Positions 27,346 to 28,130 of a stretch of 28,130 nt of DNA are shown piece by piece. Location of the stretch: positions 1-28,130 of IMG/VR virus record IMGVR_UViG_3300010354_000472, one strand, 5' to 3'. The translations under genes and the position numbers were made by a program. The stretch is from a virus (lineage: Duplodnaviria; Caudoviricetes). The notes beneath the pieces were generated by a model that saw only the letters and a list, made by a program, of their open reading frames with translations, ran no database searches and was not told the DNA's origin. How positions within the stretch are numbered: position 1 is the stretch's first letter; each line of letters opens with the position of its first letter.

Positions 27346-28022
27346 TGACAGATTACTTAGTAACGTTAAATGAGCCAGGTCCTTATAGAATTGGTGTTGA
27401 TTATGAGATTCCCACTAAATCAATTCAATATGGAAATATTATCCTTGATAATATAAATTCACAATTTACAGGAACAGCCCATACTTTCGGTTTATCATCA
27501 ACTGGAACTGGATATGTCCCAATTAACGATCAACAATTGATTGTTGTAAAAAATAATCTTGTAATGGAACCTATTGAAGATTATACAACATCTACTAATA
27601 ATATAATATTTACTGTAGCACCAAATCCTGGTGATGATGTTTTTATTATTGCTCTTGCAACAACTGCAGATTTAACTAGAACCATTAATTATGTTGTTGA
27701 TAGTGGATCTATTGCAATGATTGCAGGAAATAAGGGTTCTGTAACCTTGGATGTAAGTGGGGTTATTGAATCTTTGGTCATCTTGTCTGATCAACAAGGT
27801 GATTTAACTTTGGATATAAAAAAATCAACATATTCAACATTCCCAACTTTCACTTCTATAGTTGGTGGAGTTTATCCACAAATGACAAATAATAGAAAAG
27901 TTAGAGATGATAACCTAACTAATTGGGATACAACTCTAGTTGCTGGTAATATTTTGACGTTTGATGTAGTCGCCGTGAATAATATAAATCGTTTTCTAGT
28001 TTCTTTGAAATTAAAATTATAA
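27345..28022 (+). CDS. Putative virion structural protein, 225 aa, two modules
   Basis: TAATG overlap with the previous gene. The N-terminal module LDNINSQFTG..TF.L...LIVVKNN..MEP..DYT...IIF..AP..GD resembles modules in gp7; the C-terminal part is a TINYVVDSGS...KG beta domain. Confidence 0.75.
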   Translation: MTDYLVTLNEPGPYRIGVDYEIPTKSIQYGNIILDNINSQFTGTAHTFGLSSTGTGYVPINDQQLIVVKNNLVMEPIEDYTTSTNNIIFTVAPNPGDDVFIIALATTADLTRTINYVVDSGSIAMIAGNKGSVTLDVSGVIESLVILSDQQGDLTLDIKKSTYSTFPTFTSIVGGVYPQMTNNRKVRDDNLTNWDTTLVAGNILTFDVVAVNNINRFLVSLKLKL

Positions 28023-28025
28023 ATA
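28018..28025 (+). promoter_or_regulatory. Perfect T4 late promoter TATAAATA overlapping a stop codon
   Basis: Exact gp55 consensus; includes TAA 28020-28022; 43 bp upstream of ATG 28069. Confidence 0.8.
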
Positions 28026-28068
28026 AAGATAGTTATTAAAAATCATAACCTGTAGGGGAGTTGTTTAA

Positions 28069-28130
28069 ATGGCACTATTAGTTCCAAATATTGGAGAACT
28101 TGAGTCACTCAGATACTTGGTTGCACAGAA
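28069..28130 (+). CDS. 5' end of next late gene (MALLVPNIGELESLRYLVAQ...), truncated by the window; probably structural
   Basis: SD AGGGGAG at 28054-28060, ATG 28069, open to the window end, downstream of a perfect late promoter. Confidence 0.75.
   Translation, partial: MALLVPNIGELESLRYLVAQ

Noticed and set aside
28044-28066. Hairpin occluding the SD of the last gene
   Set aside because: Only about 5 weak pairs (ATAAC/GTTGT); not distinguishable from chance.
1-28130. tRNA, rRNA or CRISPR arrays
   Set aside because: The window is almost fully coding; intergenic gaps are short and show no cloverleaf or repeat-spacer pattern.

Overview
AT-rich, single-strand (+) gene cluster from a T4-like myovirus, most consistent with a cyanomyophage (Kyanoviridae-like). 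Bases 1-2202 hold small conserved-looking genes: a GT-A-fold glycosyltransferase-like gene behind a sigma70-type promoter, three short ORFs missing from the supplied track (34-183, 1077-1229, 1267-1422), a DUF1415-like gene and a 79-aa acidic protein. Then come the baseplate genes gp25, gp6, a giant 4368-aa gp7-like wedge initiator, gp8 and a 2494-aa VrlC/DUF4815-like protein, followed by small virion-type genes. T4-type late promoters (NATAAATA/NCTAAATA) precede most units. The most striking unexplained element is a compact three-way-junction RNA at 1903-1970 that pairs up both the Shine-Dalgarno and the AUG of the 79-aa gene. Other points of interest: the nested-insertion architecture of gp7 (split YHYH domain, beta-propeller insert), pervasive G-[IVLF]-[GSAT]-[TS] motifs next to a glycosyltransferase, and apparent avoidance of the late-promoter heptamer inside genes. 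All family calls come from motif recognition by eye; no searches were run.
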